A stretch of 62,395 nt of DNA, counting the filler, from Sphacelaria rigidula (Eukaryota), in assembly GCA_964200075.2 (NCBI GenBank). It is 8 parts of 8 records of this genome, joined end to end, with 100 filler letters (N's around TTAATTAATTAA, not from the genome) between each part and the next. Parts side by side here need not be neighbours in the genome. Positions count along the whole stretch, not along the records: positions 46,874 to 54,584 come from CAXNAA020013709.1; positions 54,685 to 62,395 come from CAXNAA020013710.1; 6 more parts are not named here. One strand, given 5' to 3'. The notes beneath the pieces are model-generated. The model was not told the DNA's origin, did no database searches, and saw only the letters and a list, made by a program, of their open reading frames with translations. This document shows positions 47,005 through 60,435 of this stretch, in pieces. Position 1 is the first letter of the stretch. Every line of letters starts with the position of its first letter. Both the position numbers and the translations under genes were made by a program.

Positions 47005-49419
47005 ATGCTCCCCTCCAGTGGTGATGATATTGCAAACACCACAACAACCTCCACGCTAATCGACGCAGGAGTAGCCGTTAACGTTCCGTCTGAGAGTGCA
47101 CCAACTTGTAGGCTCACCCTTGATTCCGAAATCACCGCTTCGTGCCAACCCCGCCCCGAACCGACCCAACACGAAGTAGACGCTTCAACGGATGGTGTAT
47201 TCATGGAACGTTTGACTCTCTTCTCCCACGCCGATTGGGCCCGGGAACAACAGGCAGAACCTGCTTGTAAATCAGCTATCCATTTTCTATCCGAAGGTTG
47301 TCCGTGTCTATTCTCAGAAACTGAATTCCTTTTGCCAGTCGGGAATCTCAAAGCGCCCACCCAGGATGAAGTTACTGAACTTTCAAGGAAAGGTATGCTA
47401 CATACGGATGATGATGGTATAGTTCTATTGGTTCGCCGGCCCGCAGCAGCCCTCCCCAGGGGGAAACCTACAAGTCGACATGCCCGCTTGCTAGGTAATA
47501 AACCCGTCCGCATCTATGTCCCGATGCTACTGCGCCCATGGGTTCTACACGAATGCCATTCACAGGCATCGACTCATTTAGGTGACATTAGGACCTCCCA
47601 GATGTTGGAACGTTTGTATTGGTGGATTTGTATGGATCAGTGTTGTCGATGGTGGGTAAGGCGTTGTCTTTTGTGTCAGGCGCGAAAACCTTCTCGTCAA
47701 ACAGTTCGTTGGCCGATTGTTTCCATGCCACTCCCAAACAGGCCTGGTGAAATCGTGTCGTGGGACTATTTTGGTCCTTTGCCCCTGACGCATAGTGGGA
47801 ATAAGTATATTTTGTTGTTGACGAATAGATTTTGTCGACATGCGGTGATGCACCCCGTCCCCCCCAGTAGCTATACCGCGGAAGGTACCGCCAACATTCT
47901 TGTCTACATGTACATCCCACTGTGGGGTGTGCCCAAACGCTTATTATCTGACAACGGCCCGCATTTTTCAGGCAAACTTTCTGCCATCGTCAGTGACCTT
48001 TTGGGTGCCCATCGCACTTTTACTAGTTCATATCACCCTTCCACCAATGGTTGAACGGAACGAGTGAACCATACGATGGTGCAGATGCTTACTGCTGTAG
48101 GGAATGAGAGACAGCTGGACTGGGATCTGCACCTGCCCCTTGTCCAGATGAACTACAACAATTCAGTCGATGCCGCTACGGGATTGTCGCCGAATGAAAT
48201 TCATATTGGACGCATGCCTCGGTTACCTTTAACGGTATTCGAACGAAAAAACACAGGTGGACATCAGAGTCTGAATCGTGACATTGCAGAGTATTATTTG
48301 TCCGTTAGCAATCGTCTCCGTCTTGCATATGACGTGGTACGAGAACAGAACCAAATCAATTTGGCCAAGGTGGCTAGGGCGAACTCGATGTTGGATGATG
48401 TGGTGCATAACCGCCCGGTGTGGAAGGTAGGCCAATGGGCATGGGTGTATAACGATGGGAAGACCATCAAGCAAGGGGCTAGCTCGAAATCATCATCTTT
48501 GGATAACGTGTTGAAGGCGAAACTATCCTTGACTTGGACTGGTCCTTGGGAAAATTTAGCTGTTGGTCCGAGCGCTACCGCACCCGCCAAGAATCCGGTG
48601 GGAGCGAAACTTTTGTATTTAGATTTTCCCACGGATGAACCTGGTTTGAAACCGAAAAATCGCGTCTCGATGCTACGATGCAAACCGTGCATTCCCCCTC
48701 ATGACTCTTCTGACATGCCCAAACAACTGCCGGTAGGGCTTAGCCAGTATGTGTTGACCAAGTATGCGATCAAAACTCCGCCGTATCATATGACGGTCGA
48801 GGATGCGGACGCACCCCTGGAACGCGTTGAGGTAGAAAGGATTTCGGGTCATCAACTGGTTCGTGGTCGTGGAGGTAAGATAGCGGTAATGTATCAAACA
48901 CATTGGAAGGGTATCATGCGTGTTACGTGGGAGCGTGAGGTTGATTTGCGTCATTTTCGTCGGGAAATATTGCTGTACTGGGTAGGAGATACCGTCCAAC
49001 ACCGCCCGCTGAATAAGAGATATCGGTCGATGCGCAAGGGAGCTGCCGCTCGAGAACTGGCACGTGAACACTCAGCGCGGTTTGTTGTGACAGGATATAG
49101 CCTTCTTTCGCGTTCACAATACATGCAGTGTTTCCACGGGAAACGATTGCCGAAAGGGGCGTATTTTTGGTATAAGGCTTTGGATTCACTGTGGTGGTTG
49201 GGAAAAATTCATTTGGTCGACCCTGCATCTGACCACTCCTACTTTATCCGTTTCCTTGATGACCCGAGCCCCCTTAAGATTCGCTTGGATGATGCGTACT
49301 ACACCGAGGAGCCGACCGCTCGGAGGGGATCCTGGTGCCTCCAACGACACGACCAAGGCGAACTCGAAACAGCCGTTCTACGGAACACGGACACCGCTTG
49401 GGATGCAGATGACTCATGA
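47005..49419 (+). pseudogene. Ty3/Gypsy LTR-retrotransposon pol 3' part: integrase (HHCC zinc finger, DDE core), chromodomain and Tudor/PWWP-like tail, with one in-frame stop
   Basis: Motifs H..(THLG)...C..C, SWDYFGPLP, LLSDNGPHF, YHPSTNG*TERVN and W.GPW. ORFs 47005-48054 and 48064-49419 share a frame and are separated by TGA at 48052-48054. No introns. Confidence 0.9.
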
Positions 49420-52400
49420 TGCCGCATCCGAGTCTGCTTCCCCATTCACCTTGCGTAGTGTACCGCGTTCGAGTCGCTTGTCTTGCATTGTCGCGTCGTT
49501 GGACAACCATGTGTTCCCCCCTCTCCCCCACTTCATTTATTGTTCTTACTTATTAACCCCGTCCTTGCAGCGGTTGATGTGTGCCGGTGTGTCGTGCTTA
49601 GTATTTCGTCTTCCGTTTTTGTATTTTATATTCTTTGTTTTTGTGTTGCGTTTTGTTTTTTGTTGCTTTGGATCCTGCTTTTGTTGCTCCGATTTTCTTT
49701 GCCTTTGCTGTTGTCTTTGTTATATTTTGTTTGTGTCTTTTTCTCTTTTTGCCTCGTCCTTTGTGTTCGATTTTTTGTGTTCAATGGGTGCTTTTCTTGG
49801 GTACTTCTGGGTTCCTCTGGCGAAGTACAAGTGACGATCGTTCCATTCCTGACCCTGAGTCTGGAAACTTGAACCTCCGTCCTCCGCGCCGTACATTCAC
49901 AACCATTCCGTCGACCGGAACAGTTGCCACGAGTTCATTATGTCTTCATTCGTTTTTCGTTGTACGCATATGCTGTCTTGCTTTGTTATTACATGGCCTT
50001 CATCTTTGACTCTTTTGTTTCGATGAAAGAGTTCCCGGAGCAAGCGCTAGCCATCCCTGACGCGCACGTCTGGAATATTTGCGCTTTTGTTCAATCGCTC
50101 TGCACGCGAGTGCCGCCTCCCTCTTCGGAACCGGTTATGACGTGTCTTTTTTTGTGTGTGTCATATGTTGTCGGTATTTTTCTTTATTTTTTTCTGCTTT
50201 TTCGGTTGAGAGTTTCAGGAGCGAGCGCTGCATATACCTGACCTCCCCGTCTGGAATAATTGCGCTCTTGCCCACCCGCTCCGTACACGCATACCGCTTC
50301 CCCCTGCAGGATCGGTAATGACGTGTCCCCTTTTTGTGTGTGTACTACGTTAATTTTATATTGACATGGGTTGCCTGAAATGTTTTGACCTTCTTGGCTG
50401 AAACGTTTTGACCCTGCTTGCTTCATACACACGATAACCGCTCCCGTTTACAAGGACGGTTGCCACGTGTTGTTTTTCTGCCTTGTGTTGCGGATTTTTG
50501 TTTTCGCTGTTGCCCAGCGTGCCCCTGGTTATTTATTTTGGTTTCGGTTTCTGCGTTCATGTCGGGAATTTCGCCAGGAGTGTTCCAACGTTTCTGACCC
50601 TCGAGTCTAGAACACTTGGCCTACCTTTTTTTTGCGAGTCCTGCCGCATGTGACCGATCTCGTTTATAGGAGGGTCACGGGTAATGCGACGCGATGATTT
50701 ATACTTTGGTGATTGATAAGTTACAACGAGGCCACCACTGGCCGCGTCGTACATAGCGGTGTTGAAGAATTGTTATTGAGGTCGCGGTAAGATCGGTTGC
50801 ACACGTCTCCTCATAAAGGACCATGACGTATCATGATGAGGTGGGTCGCTCTTTCGGAACTGTCCGTTCCGCCATGTCGATACTCGACCGTTGGTACAGC
50901 CTACAGGCTCAGAGTCCGCCACTCGCTATTTTTCCGTCACTTTTACCAGTTTTTGCGTACAATTACCCGCCCCTGAAATTGGTCGGTGGTGTTTTGTTTT
51001 TATCAGGGATTATTGGATGAAGTAACGTGACGGTACGACTGGCTGTGGGTTTTACTCCAGTTTGTGTTCGGGCCAGTCTCGTTTTAGTCCAAACGGGCAA
51101 ATACTGTAAAGAGAGGGCTGCGTTGGTCCTCTCCGTCCTGTGTATTTGTCGTGGTTTAGAAATGTGTTGGGTGATCCGCCTCGGAACTACGCAGTAGGCC
51201 TGAAGGTTGTATATTGTCCACCACGTTTCTTTTGACGTGTTCGGACACCTGATCTCACAATCCGGTCAGTTGTCCTCGTATTGTCGTGTGAGAAAAAGAA
51301 AAATGCTGTACGACTGGATCATCAACCAGACGTCCCCAGCAAGTCGTTCTCACAAACAGGTACCGAAAATTAACTCACGTCAAACGAGTTGGTTTGTCCG
51401 TATCATTCTATTATTATTGTTTTATCAACGTATGGTTTTCGCGGGAAGCTACCATTTCCGCGACGAACTCGGCTGTACGTTGTTTGCTTTTACTGATTGA
51501 CTGGGACGAGTGATTAGCATGAACTTGGTTATCGGAGTGATATCATGCCTTTGCGGGCTTGTTTTTTTTTTTACCAATGACCCAAAACAAATCGGACATT
51601 CGGAAAAGAGCGAACTATTTATTTGTGATATATTGATGGCAGGGTAGGATAACCGTTTCAATGATTGGTCTGTGATTTCCTGTACCCATCACGAAAATGC
51701 TTACGACATTCTGGAAACACTGCATTTTATGGATATGGTTTGATTGTTGATTTTGGGTCTTATTTTGCTTATTTGTTTATTATTTTTTTCTTTCCCATGA
51801 CGCCGTCTGAAGAACTCACGGAACATGAGGACACCGAATCATTGTATCGGTTCGATTTTTTTCTCTTTGCTTTGTGCTCGTGTTGGCCAGTTACTGATTT
51901 TTTTGGTGTTGATCGCCCCTTCCCGTTCCCCGTACCCAAGAGGACTCGATCTTTAAGTGGAGTCTCAATTTTCTGTGGTGTGGGAGAGGTGTTGCTCGAT
52001 GCAAGTTCGTCCCTTCTGAAAAGCGACTGCACTTGAACGATCCAGGGTGGGCTAATATGATGGTAAATGAGTGTCTGAATTAAAACTAGTTCCTTGTGGA
52101 TATGCAGATGGTCCCTAGAAACGACCAGCGGGTATGGAAGGATTCTAGTCGAATGTTTGTTTGTATAAGGCAGGATTCGATCCTTGTATTGTTGACGCAG
52201 CGGGTTGAAGGTAAAAGGATTGTACCCGATTAGCCGCGTGTACCTGCTGCTACTACAGCTTTAATTGGCTTGAGGTACGGTGCGTCATGCTGATTTGTAT
52301 ATGACAAGATTATATGCGTAGCTGTAAGCCTTGAGGGTAATCGTGAGCACAATCGTCCGCCAAGCCCACTTGCGATTCACCTGTCAGAGAAAGGCCTACC

Positions 52401-54516
52401 GTAGAACTAAGCACAAGAAGGACCATCAGCTTTTGATCTGTTCTGCGCGACGTCTCCCCTTCTGCCGGCAGGCTGTGACGAGCTGTAACACGAGCAAGTC
52501 ACAAGTAATATAGCCCCTTGATATCACAGTGGTGTTTCCTTTTCATGCTCTTACTTTCAATAACAGCTGTCTGCTGTTGACGAGTGCCATCTGCAAGAGA
52601 AACCTACAGTTTGAGTTACGAGCCGAAAACAGGACCAGTGCGTCACATACTCACCCATCTTGGGTTGTGGCTTGCTCTGCTTCCAATACTACCACACATG
52701 GGGCTTCAGAGGTAGCTTGTTTCATTCAAGCTGTACGAGTTTTCCTTTTCGATCGGCCGCTGCTTGCACACAGCCAAACACCAGCTCACGGTTTTCTCTC
52801 GAAAACCTTGAATTTTCGGCCCTCGTTTTCACTTGATATTTGTGTACATGATTTAGCGGCGTAATACACCAAGGTAATTCCACAGCTTCTTAGACAGCTG
52901 TTCTCTCTTTCGGTCGTAGTTTGACAAAACATCCCGACTCGAGTTAGCTGCAGGTCTGCGATGTGTCATACAGTTCCCACGTTGGTTTCAGGCAACGGTG
53001 ACTGAACCATGAGGCGCTTCAGGTATGAACGCACACGCAAGCCCTCTTTCGCTGCACAAGCACATTCCCCTCAACCTGCAGGTCATATCGATGGTACCGG
53101 CCAACCCACTACGGCGGATACGCTCTCCCTGGCAACGTTATACACTGCACAGAGAACGCATAGCGTTTTCATGCACACTCGATCTGAAGTGCCGTGTTCT
53201 TTTTTACACACTGGCAGTTCTCGGATAATAGAGCCGCTCACACGTTCCTTGTTTAGATACGGCCCTCAAGGGCCGGTAGCTTTTTCACCGCCCTCCCGAC
53301 CACCTGCCCCCGCAAGCGCCTCTGCTCACAGTCCGTCGATTCTGTATCAACCGAATCGACCGATATGTGTCCAAATACACGCCGATTCATGCTTGCAGGT
53401 AGAGAGTTCGCGGGCTATCTCAATCGCCGCCCGCTGTATATTCGACTTTTCTTGCCCAAACACGAAACGTTGGACCACCATGCGCACCGAATTATATCGA
53501 TGCGACATGATGGACGACGATTGAGAATGTTGTCTGTACACGAGCATGATTGAACACAGCCAGGCGTGAGGCTCATGTTACTTGTTCACTGTCACACGGC
53601 ACCAGTGTACACTACAGTTTGATTGCCGCCCCACCAACACGCAATACAGACAGTACATACTTCGTCGTCCAGAAGGCCACTCACCTTTCCCGTTGAAATA
53701 TTGTTCCGAATTGAAGTACTGACAACAGCACAGTACAGCACCGTTTGAATTACAAATGGTCCCAGCGGGTAATATCTTGCGGACGGTGAGGTGCCGTGCT
53801 GTAGCATGCGTTGGTACTGCTACACTATCTGAACGAAGTCATCCATATTGCATTGTAGGTATGAACACGGCGCGGGCATAACGTTGTGTCGGATGTTTTT
53901 TCATGTGATGCGAACAAATTGACCCTCGCTACCCCACGCAAAGGATCATATGTACTGTACTGTGCCACACAGTATTTTGCTGTCTGGTGCTTTGTACGCT
54001 GCAGTTGTACTGCACTACATAATTGTTTTCGGGTTGAGCTTGTACATTTGTTGACTGTGTACCTGCACCAGGATATGTGACCGATCCCCCGGCTCGGCTA
54101 TTTTCAGCGAACTACACGGTACTGTGTAAGTAACGCCAGTCGCGCAGATTTTGCCTCTGGACATACGGCATCCGATAGCTCTTTTTTTCTCTCAACCTCA
54201 ACATGAACTCAAGACAGATCTGAGCGGTTGACGTTGGGGTTCGCTGCGTCCCACCCGTATATCCCTTCATGGCATGTGTCCAATGCGCTGTTGCGCTGAT
54301 GACAGTCACTGAATATGTTGATTGTGACAAGTTTCGTTTTCTTGTCTCTTTGCTACTACACTTTGTCCACCAACGCACACACATACGGGTTGTTGTGTGC
54401 CTTCGACATAGTTTGTTTGTTTTTTCCTTTCGTCTGCGCCTGATTGAAAAGGTGGTAGACCTCATGCATGTGCGGAGTGCGCAAACCTACATGTCGATCG
54501 ACTGTCGACAGTACAA

Positions 54517-54584
54517 CAGGGTTGCCAGAAAAATGAGAACGTATTTTGAAATGAGAATCAACCGCTCCCCGGGATTGTGTCCAT
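54517..54584. mobile_element. End of the CAGGGTTGCCA TIR element at a contig break
   Basis: Matches 31096-31149. Confidence 0.6.
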
Positions 54585-54684
54585 NNNNNNNNNNNNNNNN
54601 NNNNNNNNNNNNNNNNNNNNNNNNNNNNTTAATTAATTAANNNNNNNNNNNNNNNNNNNNNNNNNNNNNNNNNNNNNNNNNNNN
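54585..54684. other. Artificial contig spacer
   Basis: N44-TTAATTAATTAA-N44. Confidence 0.98.
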
Positions 54685-54757
54685 GAAAAACGTCGATCCT
54701 GAGGTATTTTGAACTACGGCGCGGTCCCCTAAGCACGCGGTCCTCTCACGCATTACA
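54685..54757. mobile_element. Partial TGTAATGCG-family MITE (one end)
   Basis: Ends ...CTAAGCACGCGGTCCTCTCACGCATTACA, like 57256-57481. Confidence 0.7.
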
Positions 54758-55504
54758 GAGCAATGCAGCGACATTGCACAAGACTATTGTATTTCCACGT
54801 TACTCTGCAACACAAGGTCCAACTGACACAAGAATTGCGCCGCATAGAGATATTGTCAACTCCTCTAGGTGAAATCCGCGGGAAGTGAAGGACGTTATGC
54901 GAAGTGTCCAGAAACTTCCCTCTGCAACTGACCCGGTGGTTCTCGCGGTTTTGCAGGACAATGCCTACCCCTTCCCATCCGGCGAGGTACCATGCGACCC
55001 GCTTGTACGGCAAACGGTTTAGCACACGAAATGTACGGATGAGGTCATGTCGGCGATGGAACGTGAACCTTCCCGACCAGCACCACGGTGAATGTTCTGA
55101 CACCGCGCAAGGTCAGGTACGCGGGTGATTGCGTCAAGAAAGCGGAATCAAACGTCAGCGCTATCCACCCACCGAGATCGCAATGGCGCAACATTTTATC
55201 TCACGAAGCGGAAGTGGGTGCTATTGTCCACGAGACGGCATCGCTGAATCTTGCGCGGTGACTCGCCTGGTAAGTGTCGCGTCATTCAATGCCGCGAGGA
55301 AAAGGCTGCGGGTGAAGCCGGGAGAATCCATGGGATGATTAACACAGAGTCTGGCACCGTTCTGTAGTCTACCTTTGTGGTGATGTCGTCGAAGACCTCA
55401 AACGCGGTTCCAACAACTACATCACACAAAGTGGTAATCGGCGCTGTACATGCTGGTGACAAACGTTCTACATGATATAGTTTGTAGTGGTTGATGTACT
55501 CATA

Positions 55505-56632
55505 CAACGCGTGTTTGGATTGCGTACTTTTAGGACCGCATCTGAGTTGAAACACCCTAGGACCGACGTGTCGGGAGGACCGCTCGGACCCGATGAGAGC
55601 AAGAACCGCGTTTCGAACATATCGGAGCCGCACCATTATTCGATCCAGGGGTAGCGAAGCCAGGCGACATGGCTGAAGCGACACGACGACGACGCAGTGT
55701 CTCCCCAAAATGACAAAAGCAAGGGTTTCAAACCTACGAAATGTATGTACAAGTGACTCGTCCAGGAGTCATGCTCGCATTTGTATTGTGGTAGAAAGCG
55801 TTGGCACCAGGCTACAGGGTAGGATCGGCGCCTACCACGTCATGACGGCATCGATGAACCGATGCTCGGTACCAAAAGGTACCAGATGCCGTGACTACCG
55901 ATCAGCTCGGCACTTTCAGGTCCTGAAATGTGGTTTACATGCGGTTCACTTTGTCATTCAAGACAGCTCTAAGGCCACGAGCGTTACTTTACGTCACAAG
56001 TCAAGACCACGAAGGTTACTTTACTCGTCCGTGGAAGTGACATCGCACTGACTTCTTTCTGACTCTCGCGTTTACCTTGAAGCTGCCTGGAATGGTATAG
56101 TGGACCGCATGCAAACCACATTTCAGTACCTGTAAGTACCGAGACGACCCACCTTCTCGGTACCTGGTATCTGCAGGCACAGAGCAGAAGGGACGTTTCG
56201 GCATCTCGTACCAGTTAGTACCGACCAGATGGGTCTTCTCGGCATCTGGTACCTTCAAGTACCGAGCATCACTTCGTCGATGCGGTCATGACGACGTGGT
56301 AGGCGCCGAACCCTCTCTGTAATTAACCAGTGCCAACTCTTTCTCACCGCAATCCACATGCGAGAGTGACTCCCACACGGGTTATGGTTGCCTAAGTTTT
56401 ATGGTTTCGAAACCCTCGCTCTCCTCCATTTCGAGGCACACCGCATCGTCGTCGTGTCGCATTAGTCATCTCGCCTGGCTTCCCTACCCCTGTCTCGATA
56501 GATGCGCGGCCCAGGTTTGGTCGGAGCGCAGTCCCTGTATTCATGAGGTTCGTGCGGTCCTTCGGACACGTCGGTCCTGGGGTGTTCAAATGTCGATGCG
56601 GCCCAAACAGGACGTGGTCCTAACGCGCATTG
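55505..56632. mobile_element. Old foldback element with diverged ~470-550-bp inverted arms
   Basis: GGACCGACGTGTC / GACACGTCGGTCC, GGCGCCTACCACGTC / GACGTGGTAGGCGCC and CTGAAATGTGGTTT / AAACCACATTTCAG pair in nested order. Confidence 0.7.
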
Positions 56633-56868
56633 CCGACTTACACGTGGGCTTTTGTGTACCTCAAAGTGAAACACAGCTGACGCAGAGCGGAAGCGGTGGT
56701 CCAGGCCACCATCCCAAAGTCTCAGTCATGTACGGGAAGAGAGAGCGATTGATCTTTGAGACTACAAACTCGCGCCGAGAAAAAGGAAGCTCAAATATCA
56801 TGGGGGAACAGAAAACCGTACCGTCAATCATGTGCGTTTTTGTTAGCCTTGGTCGACCCAGGTATGGG

Positions 56869-57080
56869 TGTAATGCGTGAGAGGACCGCGCGCTTAGAGG
56901 ACAGCATTATAGCCCAAAACACCTTAGAATCGACTTTTTTCAAAACGAATCGGGCCAGTCCCTGCAGTGACCACGCCCGCGACCCCCAACCCCAACACTA
57001 ACACTAAGCCTAGCAATAACCATAGGAGTGTTTATTTTCCGATGCGGTCCTCTAAGTACGCGGCCCTCTCACGCATTACA
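56869..57080. mobile_element. MITE with TGT...ACA ends and ~35-bp TIRs
   Basis: TGTAATGCGTGAGAGGACCGCGCGCTTAGAGGAC / GTCCTCTAAGTACGCGGCCCTCTCACGCATTACA. Confidence 0.8.
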
Positions 57081-57255
57081 ATAGGGTTGTTTAGCGACGT
57101 GCGTTTGGCGCCTGATCAAGAGAAGTTGCACACAGAGTTGATGCCGTGATTGTGTGTTCAATCTACCCGGCGCTAGGGGGGCGGATATTATGAATGAAAA
57201 GTAGCTCCTTCGGGCAACAACTGATGAAAGCAAAAGACAGCTCCTCCCGTAGGAT

Positions 57256-57481
57256 TGTAATGCGTGAGAATTATGCGTGAGAGGACTGCGTGTGCTTAGA
57301 CGACCGGGTCGGAACTTGAACATCCCTATAGTTTGGGTTAGTGTTCGGGTTAGTGTTGGGGTTGGCGTCAGGGGCGTGGTCCCTGCGGGAACTGGCCCGA
57401 TTGGGTTTGGAAAACGTCCATCGTGAGGTAATTCGAGCTACGGCGTGGTCCTCTAAGCGCGCGGTCCTCTCACGCATTACA
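57256..57481. mobile_element. MITE of the same family, opposite orientation, with a GGAT 4-bp flanking duplication
   Basis: TGTAATGCGTGAGA...TCTCACGCATTACA, with GGAT on both sides. Confidence 0.8.
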
Positions 57482-57554
57482 GGATGGCACCTGCAAGTGT
57501 GCGTGCAATTAAACATGGGTGAAACAAAACCTTAGGCGTCACTCTGTTGGCGTA

Positions 57555-59127
57555 CCCACGTGGACAGATAGCACCCTGTGGGGCACGTCTACAGGGTTCA
57601 GGGAAACTGTGCGGTGTTTCTCGCGGGGATTTAGCTGTAGGGTGTCTTTTTGCGCCACACAGTACGCTTTACAGGGTTTCAGGGAAATTGTGCAGTGTTT
57701 GTTGCGGGGATGTGGCTGTAGGGGTTTTTCTTGCGCCGCACAGTACCCTTCACAGGACTGCTGCCGAGATAGCCCCCCCCCAAACCGGCCAAAAATGTGC
57801 ACGGAGGCGATGATCATAAATGCCGTTAGAGCTGGTTTCGTGTTTCACGACGCGACCTATTTGGGCGTTATAGCTGATTTCGGAGTGCTACAAGCCTTCC
57901 ATGTGGGCGGCATTGCTGCAAATGAGCCCAATAGTGGGATTGCAACCGTTTTGTCGGACGGTCTCCCGTGCCCTCTTTGTGGAGGGGGCTATCTCGGCAT
58001 TAGTCACAGGGTGTCGTCACCCCGAGTACTGTTCAATGTTATTAATATGCTTTACAGCCTTGAAAGCGCACAAACCGTATCCTCCATGCAGCATGGACAT
58101 GGTACTGGCAGAGAAAAACGATCGAGAAATTGCAGTGGTATGAATTGGACTCACGATTTTGAGCCCGGAAGTGCAACCAGGTGTACATTGAGCCACCCGA
58201 TTTGTTGTTGCCGACGAAAGTGTTTGTGCTTCTAATCAATATCGAGCAAAAGCCTCCATAAACGAAAGCATGATTGAGCGATTTTTACCAATCATCTCAT
58301 TTCTTTTGGTACACACTGGACCGCGGGGTTTTCATGAGCTATGTGGATTCATATGCGAGGTATATACCGTCAATACAGCATCTTCACCACGCCTGCAGCA
58401 GGAGCGTCGCGGGCGTGTGGACATACACCCGTAAGCAGTGTGTGGAATCTCTATTCAGCAAAAGCTGTTGAGAAATATATTCTTCAGCCCAATCGGTACA
58501 CGAACTGGGGGGCAAAAGGATGAATTACTTTCAACTATTTTTTCTGCGTGTCAGATCCCATACGCTGGTAGCGGTGCAGTATGCGGGATATGCCCAGCTG
58601 ACGCTGTTCGCAATGAATCTCTTTTTGCCCAATTTCCGGATGAATTGGAGGACAAAGTGAAGACTTATTCCGAGCTTCTTCTGCTGCTCAAATTCCAAAT
58701 CGGCCAGTGTGTATGGGATTTGCGCAGCAGAAGAAGCTGTTCGAAATATATCCTTCTTTTTCCCAAAAAAAGGGCGAAAAAAGGATCTGTTTTGAATAGC
58801 TTCTCCTGCTGTCCGAGATAAATTCCTTTTTGCCTGATTTGAATCGGGCAAAAAGAGGATTTATCTCGGACAGTAGGAGAAGCTATCCAAAATAAACAAA
58901 TGTAGAGATTTTGTACCAACATAATTTCGAATTTTCAAAGAACAAAAATGGTATTTTCAAAATTGGGAGGGCCTCTCCACAGGGTTGCTTGCAGGGTTTC
59001 GACAAAAACGCTATGCAAAATGCTGGTAGAGGTACTAGGTTTTTCAAATGCAATGCAGGGTTCCTCACAAAAGACTGTGAAGAATCCTGCGCAGCACGTC
59101 CTACAGGGTGCTATCTGTCAACGTGTG
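57555..59127. mobile_element. Non-autonomous TIR transposon flanked by TA (possibly CMC/EnSpm-like)
   Basis: CCCACGTGGACAGATAGCACCCTGTGG versus the reverse complement of the right end, CACACGTTGACAGATAGCACCCTGTAG (24/27). TA on both sides. ~80-bp subterminal tandem repeat at 57590-57755. Confidence 0.75.
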
Positions 59128-60224
59128 TACTTGTAGCAGTACAGCAGTGCGTCACGGCCTCCACGAAGTGGGGCACGCGATGTTTGACGCGGACGACCCT
59201 ATCTAAGAATATGACTAGCAGTGCAACAGTACGTCGCAGCTTGAACGAAGTAGAGTGGGTGAGTTTCCAGGGGGGCGATTTTTCATCAGTGTGCAATTGG
59301 TGCTCAGGCGTTATCGCGGCCTCAGAGAAGTAGGGTGTATGACGCTTCAGAAGGAGAGCACTTAACCAGTGTGCATCTTGCACTACAGCAATGCATCGCG
59401 AGAAACGAGTAAAGGTCACACCACGTCATTACACAATTTTCGCATCTAATTCTCCCGTCGTTCCAGCCAAGCGGGGGTTACCATGGCGGAGGGCGGCTAC
59501 GACAACAATTCATGGGTGCGGAAGCTCTGCCCGCGCTTGGGCAGCAAAAGGGGTGGCTGAATTCAGGGATTCTCAGGAAAATTTCCGCGTCGCCCTGCCA
59601 CGTTGTGGACGAAGCGTCACCGACATTCTCCTGGGCGAACAGAAGCGGGACTCCGCTTTTGTTGGAGGTGGCACCTCAGCCCGAAGTCAGACCGCTCGTG
59701 CTGCGTGAACGGGTGGGAAAGAACACCTTCTCAACGTGGTCAAGACTCGGGAGGATGAGAGGGGCGAAGGAAGAGGGGCGGGACAGGCTCGGGAGGCGAC
59801 CTATAATGGCAGCACAAAAGAAGTCAAGAGGTCGTGCCACGAGGAGCTTTAGCGCACCAAGATGCAGTCCAGAGATGATCCTGATCACGTCCTCTTCAAC
59901 ATGGTCAGCTATCTCGACCCTCTCGAGAAATTAGTTCAGCTCGTGACTAACTGGCTATACCAGGAAATTGTTCTTTTCGCTCATCCTACCGAGTACGAGC
60001 GAGTTTGTACTACCAGCTGCGAGAGGCGAGATTTCACTTTCATGGGCATCAACCATATTGTTCACATCACGTACACCGCCTATCTCTTCCCTTCGAACGA
60101 GTCGGAGTCGATCGCAGCCGTGAAGGCAAAATGCGGGCGAGCGGGCACGACGACCGGGGCATTCATATATTGGTAGAAGCCAGCACACCTCAACCCTTAG
60201 GCCTCCAGCATCGTTTTGAAACAC

Positions 60225-60435
60225 TCTAATGCGTGAGAGGATCGCGTGCTTAGAGGACCGCATCGGAATTTGAACGTCCCTATGGTGAGGATGAGGGTTA
60301 GTGGTAGTGTTGGAGTTAGTGTCAGGGGCGTGGCCCGTGCAGGGACCGGCCTGATTGGTCGTGAAAACTGTTGATCCTGAGGTGTTTCAAACTGCGATAC
60401 GGTCCTCTAAGCGAGTTGTCCTTTCCCGCATTACA
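60225..60435. mobile_element. MITE of the TGTAATGCG family, diverged
   Basis: TAATGCGTGAGAGGATCGCGTGCTTAGAGGACCG ... CGGTCCTCTAAGC...CGCATTACA; flanks ACAC / ACAG. Confidence 0.7.

Noticed and set aside
48052-48054. In-frame TGA as programmed readthrough or selenocysteine
   Set aside because: It falls inside the integrase core motif NGxxER, where recoding is not expected. A nonsense mutation is simpler.
53684-54300. Possible spliced transposase fragments (HWTHAMKGYTGGTQRTPTS, YFNSEQYFNGK)
   Set aside because: Too short and degenerate to assign by eye.
59750-60176. Coding-like fragments around ORF 59862-60176
   Set aside because: Frames are broken, no motif was recognised and the region sits among transposon remnants.
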